Positions 23,853-34,839 of a DNA stretch of 41,332 nucleotides are shown one piece after another. Origin of the DNA: Ionaspis alba (lineage: Eukaryota). The stretch's first letter is position 1. The number at the start of each line of letters is the position of its first letter. The notes under the pieces were generated by a model. The model was not told the origin of the DNA and ran no database searches. It worked only from the letters and a program-made list of their open reading frames with translations. The position numbers and the translations under genes were made by a program. The stretch spans positions 1-41,332 of the forward strand of contig CAXUUL010000061.1 of the NCBI GenBank assembly GCA_964255285.1, in the 5' to 3' direction.

Positions 23853-25298
23853 ATGGACGAAAATAACAAACGGAAAGCCGATGGCAGCGCAGGAGTGGTT
23901 GTCGCTAAGAAGTTTAAGGTACATAATTTCACTATATCCAAGATCTCTTCAATTCACATATTTCCCTATCGACTATCTACTACTACGAGCGCACCTTCAA
24001 TGTGAGATTGCTGACAGGTCAGTAGGGCGGTTCAAAGCAGTGGCGCCCACCGAAGAAGAATCAAGCCAATCTGCCTTCAGCCGCACGAAGTATTGAGTCT
24101 GGCGACTCGGGAATCTGGGTAACTTGTGATAGAGGACAGGAAGGCAAATGTACGGCTGAGCTTCGAGACCTTTTCAATGACGTGAGCGGCGACTCCACAG
24201 ATCCTGCGCTCCTCGCTTAAGGCTACTGATTTTTTTGTGTGCAAGTACGCAGAGAGATTTTACGGAGATATACCAGTAGTTGGCAAGGGATCTCCAGCGT
24301 CGGAGGAGAACGATAGAGACATCGAAGCCGACATCAATAACGAGATTGCGGGTCTACAGCGTCCCGATGCAAAGGCGCTGTTTCAACCAGTTAAGATTGA
24401 TGTCAAATGTGGTATGTCACATCTTCGGGAACCGGCCAATCAATTCGTTGTCTGATACAAGACCAGTCCTCTTCTTCAAGACAGGATCACCAATCGAGCC
24501 AGTTTCTTTCGTACATGATATCTGTAGAGACGCATTGCAGGCCGCTAGTCGGAAGCAGAGCCGATTCATCAGGAGATTGACCCCTATCACTCTGATAGGT
24601 AAGGCGACAGAGAAAGGACTTGGGGATGTCGCCAAAGCTGTTTTGGGTCCGCATTTTCATGAAGCTGGGGCTCCGCTTAAGAAGGTTAGTTGTCCCATCC
24701 CAACCAACAACCTCCTTTTTGACCTATTTTCCCCCTGGACGAATGATTGCTTCGGATAGTCGAAGCCTATATTGTTGTACCTTCTATCTTGCAGCTGTCA
24801 GATCTACAGCGTCGATCCGGCAAGACAGACCGAGAAGCGAAGGCAATAACTTAGCATTACGCGGGCTGATGTGTTGTCTCGAAACAAACAGTTTGCTATT
24901 CGCACGTCTATCCGCAGCCACAATGTTTTAGGTAGAGATGCTGTCATCAAGCAAGTCGCAAATGCTGTCGGTGATCCCCATAAGGTCGACTTGACGAACT
25001 ATGATCTTCTAATTCTCGTGGAAATATACAAGGTATGGCGCCTCTTTCGTCTTCTCGTGTGTGGTTACACAAGAACCACTGCGAGATCTCGGCACGGGGA
25101 GATCGTAGGCTAAATGTTTGGCCTTTTGTGGCCTTCTAGAACATTTGTGGAATGAGCGTAGTGGGGGCTGATTACGACAAGCTGAAGCGCTACAACCTAT
25201 CCGAAATCTATCAACCAAGTGCAAAGCAAAACCGAAGTCAAGAGGAGACTCAGGGTCAGGGCAGCAATAACGACGTGCAAGTAGGCGCGATAGTATAG
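23853..25298 (+). CDS. TAN1: THUMP-domain tRNA acetylation adaptor Tan1 (THUMPD1)
   Basis: Exons 23853-23918, 24026-24181, 24246-24411, 24467-24684, 24892-25032, 25140-25298. GIWVTCDRGQEGKC, DIEADI..EI, SRFIRRLTPIT, FAIRTSIRSHN, HKVDLTNYD, GMSVVG..YDKLKRYNL. Confidence 0.92.
24749..24848 (+). other. Structured RNA element in TAN1 intron 4
   Basis: Nested inverted repeats: GCTTCG/CGAAGC; TATTG/CAATA; CCTTC/GAAGG (or CTTCT/AGAAG); TCTTGC/GCAAGA; GCTGT/ACAGC. Confidence 0.5.
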
Positions 25299-26248
25299 CA
25301 GCACTTTTGATCGGTAACACCGATCCTCACAATCCATCTCGCCTAGATGGTTCAAAATGTATCGTAGGCTGAGAAGGTTCATAACCACGCACGTACGTAG
25401 TACGTCGAAACTGGTCATGCTCGTTGGCCGGTTGGGGGAGACATCCCGCTTTACGCGTGGAATGAACAGCAGAAGAGCAGCTGTTGCTTCAAGCCTCGGA
25501 AGATCCAATCAGATCCATGCTTAAGCGAAAAGGCTGCCGTGATTGCTTCCCTCTCGATCGCTTTTTTCCCACTGGTAGGAGGATCGCAACTACGGCTCCT
25601 GCCTCGCTACTGCTTCTCCAAGCTCCAGCTTCAGCTTCCGGGCCACCTCCCTGCCTCTCTGGAAGTGCCGGCTTCCATGGTCTGCACAAGCCCTGCGCCG
25701 AAGTTGCACGACGCCTGAATTGCGCTTGAGGCTTGCTGGGCGCATGCTATCTCTGACATCCCTTCGCTCAACTTGGTTATCACAGACGAGAGTTTCATTT
25801 GGGTCCAACGACATTCTCGTCCTCCTTCCGACCTCCCTTTATACACAAGCCTTCCCTGGCCGCCAGAAACCTCATTTCTCCACCACTAGCGAGTCAAACG
25901 TGGCAGACCGTCATGACACGCGTATTGTATCCAGACTTAGACCAAGGGCCGATTGGCTCTTCTCGTTTCACTGATTTTCCTTCCGACTACCTTTCACTCT
26001 GTCGCTTCTTTGTGATTGCAGTTTCTCATCCTGCTTGCATGTCGCCGTGCTTTGTAAAGTGTTGCTGATCGTCCCTGTGTCTCCACCATACTTCCTTTCA
26101 GGACCCGTTTTGGTTCGTCCTTTTAGAATATGCAAGAGTCCCGCTCAAGCTGTCCATTGCTCCTGCAATATCAACTCTTCATGATTGTCGCGTGATAACA
26201 TCGCTTCTACAGTATCAGCCTCTCCCAAGGCTCTATATCTCTACAACC

Positions 26249-27293
26249 ATGAGACTCCCATCCATTGACACAATTGCTTGGGGAACCCCAACCCTAGAGA
26301 AAACCATGGCTCAAACCTCGTCTCCGGCCGTAGTCTCATCCGATCTCGTCGTCCTTCAGAAGGTCGTTCAAACAACCTTCCAGTCCGCCCGCCTGAATAT
26401 ACAACGGATCGAGGAACTCCCAGACCACTTCTATCAGATCCGCCAATTGCAACTTTCTAATGGTTCCCAAGTGGTCCTAAAAGCCAGTCCTCCGGCTACG
26501 ATACCCCTTCTCAAAATCGAACGCCAGGGTTTGGATTCCGAGTCCTTCTCCTTATTGATATTAGCCAAGAGCGGCCTCCCAATCCCCTCGGTGTTGAGGC
26601 ATGAAAGCGGTGGCAAGATTCTAGGATCTCCATTTCTTCTCGTTAGCCAACTTCATGGGACTTCACTAAGCGATATACTACCCATAATCTCACGCATCGA
26701 CCGAATGAACATCGACCGTCAGATCTCCAACTTTGAATCGACCATTGCCCAGTACATGTCTGCCACATTTGGCCCTGTCAGTCTTGTGGCTAGGGGTCAA
26801 GGATATCGAAGTTGGCGAGAGGCTTTCAAGTCCATGCTGGGAAGTGTTTTGAAGGATGGCGAGGACACTTTTGTCAACCTACCTTACTCACAGATCCGAG
26901 AGCAGGTGGCAAGATCGGAACATGTCTTGGACGAGGTCCAGGAGGCCAGACTGGTCATCTTAGGTTTAGGAAATGCGGACAATGTGCTTGTGGACGAACG
27001 AACCAAAACCGTTACAGGACTGATCGACTTCAAAGGAGCGATTTGGGGCGATACCGATCTAGGGACCGGACAAGCGTCCACCAGCCTGCGAGGCCTGCTG
27101 TGAGTGATACTCATTTCTCCTGGGCGGAATTCTTGGCAAGCTGATAGCCATCATTAGCTATTCGAGCTATCACGCCATCGTGGTTATAGTGACATGCTAT
27201 TATAGGACACTCAGAGAAGGCATGGAGCTCGATGCGCGAAGGACGTTAACGACAGCCCTAGCGCAGCTTTCTGCTGCTAACGTCCATTCATGA
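26249..27293 (+). CDS. Aminoglycoside phosphotransferase/kinase-like fold protein, degenerate catalytic motif
   Basis: Exon to 27099, intron 27100-27157, exon 27158-27293. LSNGSQVVLK, PIPSVLRHE, GSPFLLVS..G, FGPVS...SWREAF, NVLVD...VTGLIDF..AIWGD. Start may be 26249 or 26306. Confidence 0.8.
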
Positions 27294-28190
27294 AGCATTT
27301 CCAATTTGTGGTGTGGTTGGGCATTTTTGGGATTATTGCATGGCGAGGACAGCATTGATGGCGCAAATTTAATGTTGCAATGACCTTGTAGATTAAGAAC
27401 TGGGCGAAGAGCTCCATCCAAAATGTATGCGACTTTTTGGTTCCATAAACCTCCTGACTATGTGCATCTAGACGAGATCGACTGCCCATCAGTCTTTGGG
27501 AAGCTATCGAATGCAGGGGAATGCTATACGGAATGATATGAAACCAATTGGATACTTGCCTCAGGCCTTTGTCTTGCCTTACTTCAGGATCTTGTAAGGC
27601 TGACACTTTGTCCGATCACCATCGCCAAGCAAGCTGCTCTCGTCAGGACCACGGTCTGTGCTCTGTGAGTCTTGTGATAAACCTCGCAGAACCATTATTT
27701 TCGCTAGATCTCTCTTCGAGAGCAGTCCTTCTGAAAACACATTTGTTCTGACGTGCGCGCGGGGCGTGGTGGTCGAATAAGGTAAATGCCTTTTTTCTCA
27801 CCTCTTAGTGGCTTCGTTCCTCGTCCTCGACTCTTCGGACTCTGACGACCTCTGGCTAATAGCCCAAGGCCAAGCAGGCGCAAATTCGACTTATGGGATC
27901 CGCTGCCGGTAGCTGCGAACCAACACTACTAAGTTGATTCCTTATCCTTGGCCGCGAAGCATACGAGACAGGACTTCCATCCATTGTCTTCAGCCTTTGG
28001 CAAGGCATGCGCCGACTGTAGACTGCAAGTTCTACGAACGATATCGAGGAGTTGGACACAAGCAGGAGCTGCCACAATCAGCCTCTTAGTGGAGCAAGGA
28101 GTATTAGAGGGGCGACGATGTCGTTATCCTGAGAGCGGTCCTGCCTCCGCTTAATCATAGACGAGTAATTCGGGTCGCAGTGCATATACC

Positions 28191-31100
28191 ATGACCTCGA
28201 GTCGTCACCGTTCGTCATCGGCGCGGTCAAACAACTCGAACTATGATGCGAGACAGACATCTTCACCATCTCCATCACCTTACGGCCAAGGTCCATCAGC
28301 TTCGCCGCTACCAGACGATCTGGTGCTGAACGATGTGCCAAGCTACGCTTCTTCGTCTTCGCTCCTGATACCGAGCTCGGGCACTGGGTCTCCCTATCCC
28401 ACAATCGGTACTGGTGGCAGCTCCTTTGGACCAGGGCATACACCGACACAATCGAGACCAAGAGCTAGTACTGCCGCCGAGAGTGGCGGTGGATCAGCTG
28501 GCGGCTATCGTCCAGGCGCAAGAGGTGGAGCAGGATCTCAGATCCACGGAGGCTATCAACAAGGACAGCGACACGCGCCAGTAGTGCAAGGTATGGACCC
28601 AAGGGGCCAGTATATCCCTGGGCCACCCCCAGTGCTCTCGCCCCCGCCGCAACAAAGTCAGATCATGCCTTTACCACCGCCACCACCACGGCCGTTCCCG
28701 AGCCAGTCCCATACCATGATTCCTCCTCCCCCTCCAGGGCCTTTTCCTGGTCCCCCACAACAGCAAGGACTGTCGGCGAATTGGGGTCAATCAGCTTGGA
28801 CACGATCGGGGTTCCCACCCCCACCGCCGCCGCCAATAGGTATAAAGCAATCACCCGCTGCGCACTCTGGTTACAACCCCGGTCATGGTTACCAAGCCCA
28901 TCAACCGCCGCCAATATCAATACCTCCCCGACAACCCTCATACGAGAGACCGCATGGCGAAGGGCAACCACTTACTTCGGCAACATATATCCCAGGTGGC
29001 GATTCGTTCGGGCCAGGTGTTGGGATACCAGGATTGCATTCTCAGCAGCAGGCAGGCTACGGCAGAGCTGAGGGTGATGCTTTTCATCCGAACCCAGAGG
29101 CTGCTCCCACAGCAGATCAAAGGTTTTTCAATGGAATGAATCAGACCGAATCGGCGACTTCTGACTTGACCACGTATCATAATTACTTCAACAGCTACAA
29201 CACGCCTTCCACACCTTCGATCCGACCTCACCAGTATTCGCTTCCAGGAAGGGACATGGATGGATTTACTAATCCAGGAGTGTCGGCAACAAACAAGACT
29301 ACTCCAGCCTCGCAGCCATCTAGGTCCAATGGACTGGAAATTACTTCCACAATTCGTCATGGTCAGAGCAATAGTAACAACTCCAACGGACCACTATCTC
29401 CCAACGACCCAAATCTACAATGGTCCATTGACAGGGTCCTGATCTGGTTGGCGGCCAACAGTTTCTCAAATGACTGGCAAGAGACGTTCAAGTTGCTAGA
29501 TATCCACGGTACCACGTTCCTCGAACTTGGCAATCGGGGTAATATTGGGACGATGCACAATCTTATCTATCCAAGCCTTGCCAAGGAGTGCACTAGGAGT
29601 GGAACAGGATGGGATCAAATACGGGAGAGAGAGGAAGGAAAGCGTATGCGGAGACTCATCCGAAAAATTGCGGAGGCGAATGGAACTGAAGAATCAAAAT
29701 CACATCAGGTTCGACGAACATCAATGCAGTTCCAACCAAGCACATCTTCTGAAGCAGGATTGGAATACTCCCCGAACTTGAACACTCCGAGTACGGCAGG
29801 TGGTGGGGAAGACAGTCCTGGAGCCCAGAATCATTTTAGGACTCCTGCATCAGCCTCATCTAGTCGCGCCATTTCTGGGTTTCGCAATGCCTCTTTGCCA
29901 GTCTATACCAACAACAAAGGCACTCTTAGTGAACCAAATATCGTAGAAAATGGGCAGCAGACTCATAGCCGCACAGGGATCACTCGCGATATCTTGAAGG
30001 ACATGAATGGTGCTCCTGTAAAGCGCCACAGTCCCGGCAATTCAGGAGATACTGGTTTTGCAAATTCCTTTGTGGGATCTAACTTCCGTGGCGACGCCCT
30101 CCGTCCGACGTATGACACAAGTCCACAAAGTGGCAGTCCTGCCACTCAGAATGCGACACTCTCTCCAGCTGGGACTGGCACACTTTCAGCACCACCTCCT
30201 GGGCGATTCGGTCATCACAAGAGCACGAGCACGGACTCTGTGGCATCTAATCAAACAGCAAACTCTTTCACCGGTCCTCCTCGCACCCAAGTGGATAGTG
30301 CGTCGCATGAAGGTGCACTGGTGGAGAAGATTAGAGAAGAAGGTCGGCGTAGACATGCTCAAGAAGGTTCACGACCTCCACCTCTTGAGATGAGCGCAAG
30401 GCAACCAAGCAATGATCCACCAACGAGCGCGAAGGAGCATCGGGGCTTCTTGAACAAATTTCGGAAACGTAAGAAGGACGACCCTTCAGCTACGACGGTC
30501 GATCATCCAAATCCCGATTCACCTACAAGTCCGATGGCCTACCGCCATATGCCACCCAATCTTCCTTTTGCTCGCCAAAGTATGAACAACAGTGACACTT
30601 CGCTTGACCGACCTGCGTCCGTCACATCAACGTGGTCCGAGCAGGACAAACTTGGGCCACGAGGGAGGACACTTACCCGTGGCAGCTCGGAGAAAAAATA
30701 TATCTTTGTCACGCCAGACCGACACAACTATCGATTGATTGATGTCACGTTCGCGGATAATGCAGATGCTTTACGTGAAGTAATCTGTCAGGCTCTCAAT
30801 ATCCCAGACAGTGATGGAGCTCAGATCTACCTGACAGAGGCAGGCCAAGAGGATCACGACGAGGTGTTGTCAGATGCAATGCTTCAGCTTTGTCGACGAA
30901 CCCGAGCAGACTGCAGAGGCTCCCTGAAATTCTATGTTCGACCTAGTTCTACTCCTCCATCTGCAGTTTCTGCCCCCATGACAACGTCTACTGGTCTTGG
31001 CCTCTACGAATTTCCCTCAAAAGCTATGCCATCTCCAACAACTGCAAGCCCTCTACATCGAAAGCCGGTAGATGAAGAAGGTTATGCACGAATAGCTGCC

Positions 31101-34016
31101 AATGGCTTCCAACGTCCTAGTTCACCTCCTCTAGGTTCCCGTCACCCGACGTTGAAGGCCAATCACACCCATAATTCATCACTGCAAAGTGGTGCACCCA
31201 GTCCGCGACTTCCACTGGATAGTCCGACCGTAGAGATCGTTCGAGAAAAACTCAAAACCATCGATACATCGCAGCAAGATGACGCAATTTCAGATGCAGA
31301 TCGTGAGGCATCAATTGATGCAGCCGTGCAAGAGTACCGGCGAGAAATTGCCAAGAAGCAAAAGGCGTACTTTCAAGCTAGACAGGCAAAACTGCACAAA
31401 GAGTCCCCCACCGACTCCGGCACCTGGAGTATCAAGCGCGAGAAGGGCGTGATCGACTTTGATATGCCAAGAGACTCGCCTTACGAGGACAAGAAGACGG
31501 ACAGTCTGATACCCATGAGGAAGCCACCACCGGCACCGGCTGAGTCAAACACTCTAATCAAGGCAAACTCTCTGAGTAAGAAGTCGGGTGAGAAAGTCAA
31601 ATCTGTAATGACAGTTCAAGATGAATATTCCGCCAAACGACGCTCAGCCAGCGATGGAATAGCCGAGGAACCATTTGAGCGCGGCCGACGTAGAGCAGTG
31701 GCTCCCACACAGTCAGTGAGCGCTGGTATCAGTTCGGAGCTGGCAACAGCGATTGGACCCGACGGAGACACCATGAAGTCTACCAACTCCATTTCTGCAG
31801 TTCCAGATTCTACGTCTTTCGACAACGTGAGTTCCGATAGCCCAAGTACTAGACCACAACGTGCACTTGAATCCATCAATTATCGCCGCAGTGGATCTGG
31901 AAGGAGCAGTCCAGGCGGGTCTCCCAGGAGTCCCGGCTTCACTCATGGGAAGAATCGAATGAAATTTAAAGTACCTGAATATGAAGAATTCATAGACGAG
32001 ACCCAGGACAATAGGAAACCCTCTCTGACTTTGCAGGCCCCGGCAAATGGCGCTGCACCGGAGATATTACGAAAGGCTTCACCGGCCATAAGTCCAGGGA
32101 CAGGAGACTCACCAGGACGTAGGCGATCAATTTTGCACCGGCGATCCTATGGTCCAGACTACGTCCCTACTTTCTCGAAAGAGAACGAAGTCTCGTTCGC
32201 CAGAACTCCTGTGCTCGAGCAAAACTCTGATGACGACTCCGATGACGGGCTGTTTGCAAGGCCACTTGCTAAGAAAACGCGAAGACCGCCTCTCAATGTA
32301 GACACTCGGCAAGAAAAGACCAAGTCGGTCTCTTTTGCCTCTCCCGAGCTTTCGACGTCGCATTCAAACACTCAGTCGACAGAAACACCAGAATTGGATT
32401 CAAATGGGTTCCCTATACTAAATGATTCCGACCGGCATGATTCAGAGTCTGCTACATCTGCAGGAGTTTCAGCTCAATCTTCGGAAGCTTCATCGACGAT
32501 TGGTCGAAGGAAATCTCTGATGATGAGGGACGATGTATGGGCTGACCGGCCGCCGACGGAAGCGCTTTTAGAAAATCTTGATGCTTACTTTCCAAATATC
32601 GATCTCGACCAACCGGTCTTTGAGGAGACCGCGGGTACTCCACCAACCTCACCCATGGCCAATTTAGAACAAAATCCAATGGATGCTGCAGTGATCCCTC
32701 CTCAAAATCAAGCCCAACGATTCGCAAAGAACAATGCTTACAATCACACTCGTCCGTTATCGATAGCAGAGCAATCTATTGCTGAGGAACCAGACGAATC
32801 TGACACGCTAGGTTCCCAGGATTCTACGCTCAAGAGTTTGGCTACCATCAAATCGACAGCTGCTGATCGGAACTCCCGCAGATCAGGAGGCATTGGGAGG
32901 ATGAAGTCTATCCGTGAGGTTGCGAGGGGTGCGAATCAGAGTGGTCGAAGGCGCAATCCAAAATCAACTTCCGGTGGTGCCAAGTCGGGTGAACTGATGA
33001 GACGCAAGAGTACCAAGATGTTCGGTGCTAATATCGTGCAAATTAATCCGGGCCGAGGCAGCAGGATGAGTCTGATCGAAGCAGTCAATCACGAACCTCA
33101 TGCCAAACGGCAGAACACTTACAGGATTCTACGAGGTGAGCTCATTGGAAAAGGTACCTACGGCCGAGTATATCTGGGCATTAACGCTACGACGGGAGAT
33201 GTCCTGGCTATCAAACATGTTGAAGTCAACCCCAAAGCTGCGGGCCAGGACAAAGACAAGATGAAGGAAATGGTCAGCTCACTCGATCAGGAAATCGATA
33301 CTATGCAGCATCTCGAGCACCCAAATATCGTACAATATCTGGGTTGCGAGCGCAAAGAATACTCCATCTCTATCTTCCTGGAGTACATTTCCGGTGGCAG
33401 CATCGGCAGCTGCCTGCGCAAACACGGCAAGTTCGAAGAGCGGGTAGTAAGCTCGCTGACACGGCAAACCCTCGCGGGGCTTTCCTACCTCCACGCAGAA
33501 GGCATCCTGCACCGCGACCTCAAGGCCGACAACATCCTCCTCGACACGGACGGCACGTGCAAGATCTCCGACTTCGGCATCTCTAAGCGCTCCGACAACA
33601 TTTACGGCAACGACATCACCAACAGCATGCAAGGCTCCGTTTTCTGGATGGCCCCCGAAGTCATCCGCTCCCAGGGCCAAGGCTACAGCGCCAAAGTCGA
33701 CATCTGGTCGCTCGGCTGCGTGGTGCTGGAAATGTTCGCCGGACGCCGTCCCTGGGCGAAGGAGGAGGCCATTGGGGCGATCTACAAGCTCGGGTCGCTG
33801 AACCAGGCTCCGCCAATTCCGGACGATGTTAGTAGCAGCATTAGCGCGGAGGCTGTCGCATTCATGTGGGATTGCTTCACGATCGTCCCCGGGGAGCGGC
33901 CGACTGCAGAGACGTTGTTGCAGCGACATCCGTTTTGTCGCGTGGATGAGTATTACAATTTCTTGGATACGGAACTGCATGCGAAGATTGAGCCTATCAA
34001 GGAGGCTGCTAGCTGA
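28191..34016 (+). CDS. BCK1: Cell-wall-integrity MAP kinase kinase kinase Bck1/Mkh1
   Basis: Uninterrupted 1941-aa ORF; Pro-rich N-terminus, SAM-like segment WSIDRVLIWL..NSFSNDWQETF, WADRPPTEALLENLDAYFPNIDLDQP, RMKSIREVA, RRKSTKMFG, and kinase domain GKGTYG, HRDLKADN, DFG, MQGSVFWMAPE. Confidence 0.96.
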   Translation: MTSSRHRSSSARSNNSNYDARQTSSPSPSPYGQGPSASPLPDDLVLNDVPSYASSSSLLIPSSGTGSPYPTIGTGGSSFGPGHTPTQSRPRASTAAESGGGSAGGYRPGARGGAGSQIHGGYQQGQRHAPVVQGMDPRGQYIPGPPPVLSPPPQQSQIMPLPPPPPRPFPSQSHTMIPPPPPGPFPGPPQQQGLSANWGQSAWTRSGFPPPPPPPIGIKQSPAAHSGYNPGHGYQAHQPPPISIPPRQPSYERPHGEGQPLTSATYIPGGDSFGPGVGIPGLHSQQQAGYGRAEGDAFHPNPEAAPTADQRFFNGMNQTESATSDLTTYHNYFNSYNTPSTPSIRPHQYSLPGRDMDGFTNPGVSATNKTTPASQPSRSNGLEITSTIRHGQSNSNNSNGPLSPNDPNLQWSIDRVLIWLAANSFSNDWQETFKLLDIHGTTFLELGNRGNIGTMHNLIYPSLAKECTRSGTGWDQIREREEGKRMRRLIRKIAEANGTEESKSHQVRRTSMQFQPSTSSEAGLEYSPNLNTPSTAGGGEDSPGAQNHFRTPASASSSRAISGFRNASLPVYTNNKGTLSEPNIVENGQQTHSRTGITRDILKDMNGAPVKRHSPGNSGDTGFANSFVGSNFRGDALRPTYDTSPQSGSPATQNATLSPAGTGTLSAPPPGRFGHHKSTSTDSVASNQTANSFTGPPRTQVDSASHEGALVEKIREEGRRRHAQEGSRPPPLEMSARQPSNDPPTSAKEHRGFLNKFRKRKKDDPSATTVDHPNPDSPTSPMAYRHMPPNLPFARQSMNNSDTSLDRPASVTSTWSEQDKLGPRGRTLTRGSSEKKYIFVTPDRHNYRLIDVTFADNADALREVICQALNIPDSDGAQIYLTEAGQEDHDEVLSDAMLQLCRRTRADCRGSLKFYVRPSSTPPSAVSAPMTTSTGLGLYEFPSKAMPSPTTASPLHRKPVDEEGYARIAANGFQRPSSPPLGSRHPTLKANHTHNSSLQSGAPSPRLPLDSPTVEIVREKLKTIDTSQQDDAISDADREASIDAAVQEYRREIAKKQKAYFQARQAKLHKESPTDSGTWSIKREKGVIDFDMPRDSPYEDKKTDSLIPMRKPPPAPAESNTLIKANSLSKKSGEKVKSVMTVQDEYSAKRRSASDGIAEEPFERGRRRAVAPTQSVSAGISSELATAIGPDGDTMKSTNSISAVPDSTSFDNVSSDSPSTRPQRALESINYRRSGSGRSSPGGSPRSPGFTHGKNRMKFKVPEYEEFIDETQDNRKPSLTLQAPANGAAPEILRKASPAISPGTGDSPGRRRSILHRRSYGPDYVPTFSKENEVSFARTPVLEQNSDDDSDDGLFARPLAKKTRRPPLNVDTRQEKTKSVSFASPELSTSHSNTQSTETPELDSNGFPILNDSDRHDSESATSAGVSAQSSEASSTIGRRKSLMMRDDVWADRPPTEALLENLDAYFPNIDLDQPVFEETAGTPPTSPMANLEQNPMDAAVIPPQNQAQRFAKNNAYNHTRPLSIAEQSIAEEPDESDTLGSQDSTLKSLATIKSTAADRNSRRSGGIGRMKSIREVARGANQSGRRRNPKSTSGGAKSGELMRRKSTKMFGANIVQINPGRGSRMSLIEAVNHEPHAKRQNTYRILRGELIGKGTYGRVYLGINATTGDVLAIKHVEVNPKAAGQDKDKMKEMVSSLDQEIDTMQHLEHPNIVQYLGCERKEYSISIFLEYISGGSIGSCLRKHGKFEERVVSSLTRQTLAGLSYLHAEGILHRDLKADNILLDTDGTCKISDFGISKRSDNIYGNDITNSMQGSVFWMAPEVIRSQGQGYSAKVDIWSLGCVVLEMFAGRRPWAKEEAIGAIYKLGSLNQAPPIPDDVSSSISAEAVAFMWDCFTIVPGERPTAETLLQRHPFCRVDEYYNFLDTELHAKIEPIKEAAS

Positions 34017-34839
34017 GACCTGTTTAAGCTTGTTTGGCGCGTATGGGAGCCTGGGTGCATTGGTTCATGCGGACGGCAAGCTAGGCGCATGTAGTAGCTG
34101 CTCGCTGCAACGGGTGGGGCGCGTGTTGGTGCGAAGGTCTTCATCAGGTTTCAAGGTCCACACTTTCGTTGGTGAAGAAATACGAGGCTCCCTGGGACGG
34201 CGGGCGTTTTGAAATGATCTACGCGCCACTGCCATGCACATGAGATCAGGAGGTCTGGAATTTGATTGGAGTGGCGGGTTTTGACCTATGGAAGAGGCCA
34301 TTGTGTCTTGGTTGGATGTTATCTCTACGCGAAAGATTGAGAATTTCTGTTCTTCACTTCTTCCTTCTTTTCCCTTGAGCAACACAGGTCTTACAGTGAT
34401 GACTGATGAGGATGACGGTGACGGATGTCTTGGCCCCAGGAAAGGGAATGGCTTTGATTGGACATTTCTTATGTAAGCTAACATATACATCAACGGCAAA
34501 CGGTTTAGATCGTTCACAATAATGAAAGAATCTGGAATTTGACGTCGTTTGACATTGGCTGTGATACCTCTAGTTTGTACCATTTCCAGATCAACGTCAT
34601 CGTAGAAACAAAGAGAATTAGCTTAATGTAAGACTCAAATATATATGATCGATCTCATATCAACCATACATCGTCATCATGTCTCCCAGTGTGCCTGCAC
34701 ACGAGCAAATCGCACCTCTTCAACGACAGGAAAGTTATCCTAGAAACTGGTATCAAGACGGAGCCGCCCGCTATAAATCATTTGCCCTTCGAACAAAGGA
34801 ATCGAAGCCAGGACCGCACAAGGAACAGAAAAGAATGGC

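Noticed and set aside
24743..24872. Box C/D snoRNA in TAN1 intron 4 (ATGATT...CTGA)
   Set aside because: Box C is imperfect, the CTGA coincides with the branch site, the terminal stem is weak and no rRNA guide was recognised.
24828..24891. Complete or permuted tRNA gene in TAN1 intron 4
   Set aside because: Only a D-arm-like segment; no anticodon stem, TTC T-loop or acceptor stem follows.
23430..25300. U5 snRNA in or near TAN1 (TCTTGC, CCG and GTGTTGTCTC words resemble U5 parts)
   Set aside because: The invariant loop I GCCTTTTAC and an Sm site were not found on either strand.
33279..33980. 233-aa antisense ORF over the BCK1 kinase domain
   Set aside because: Explained as a shadow of the C/G-biased codon usage of the sense gene; no independent protein features.
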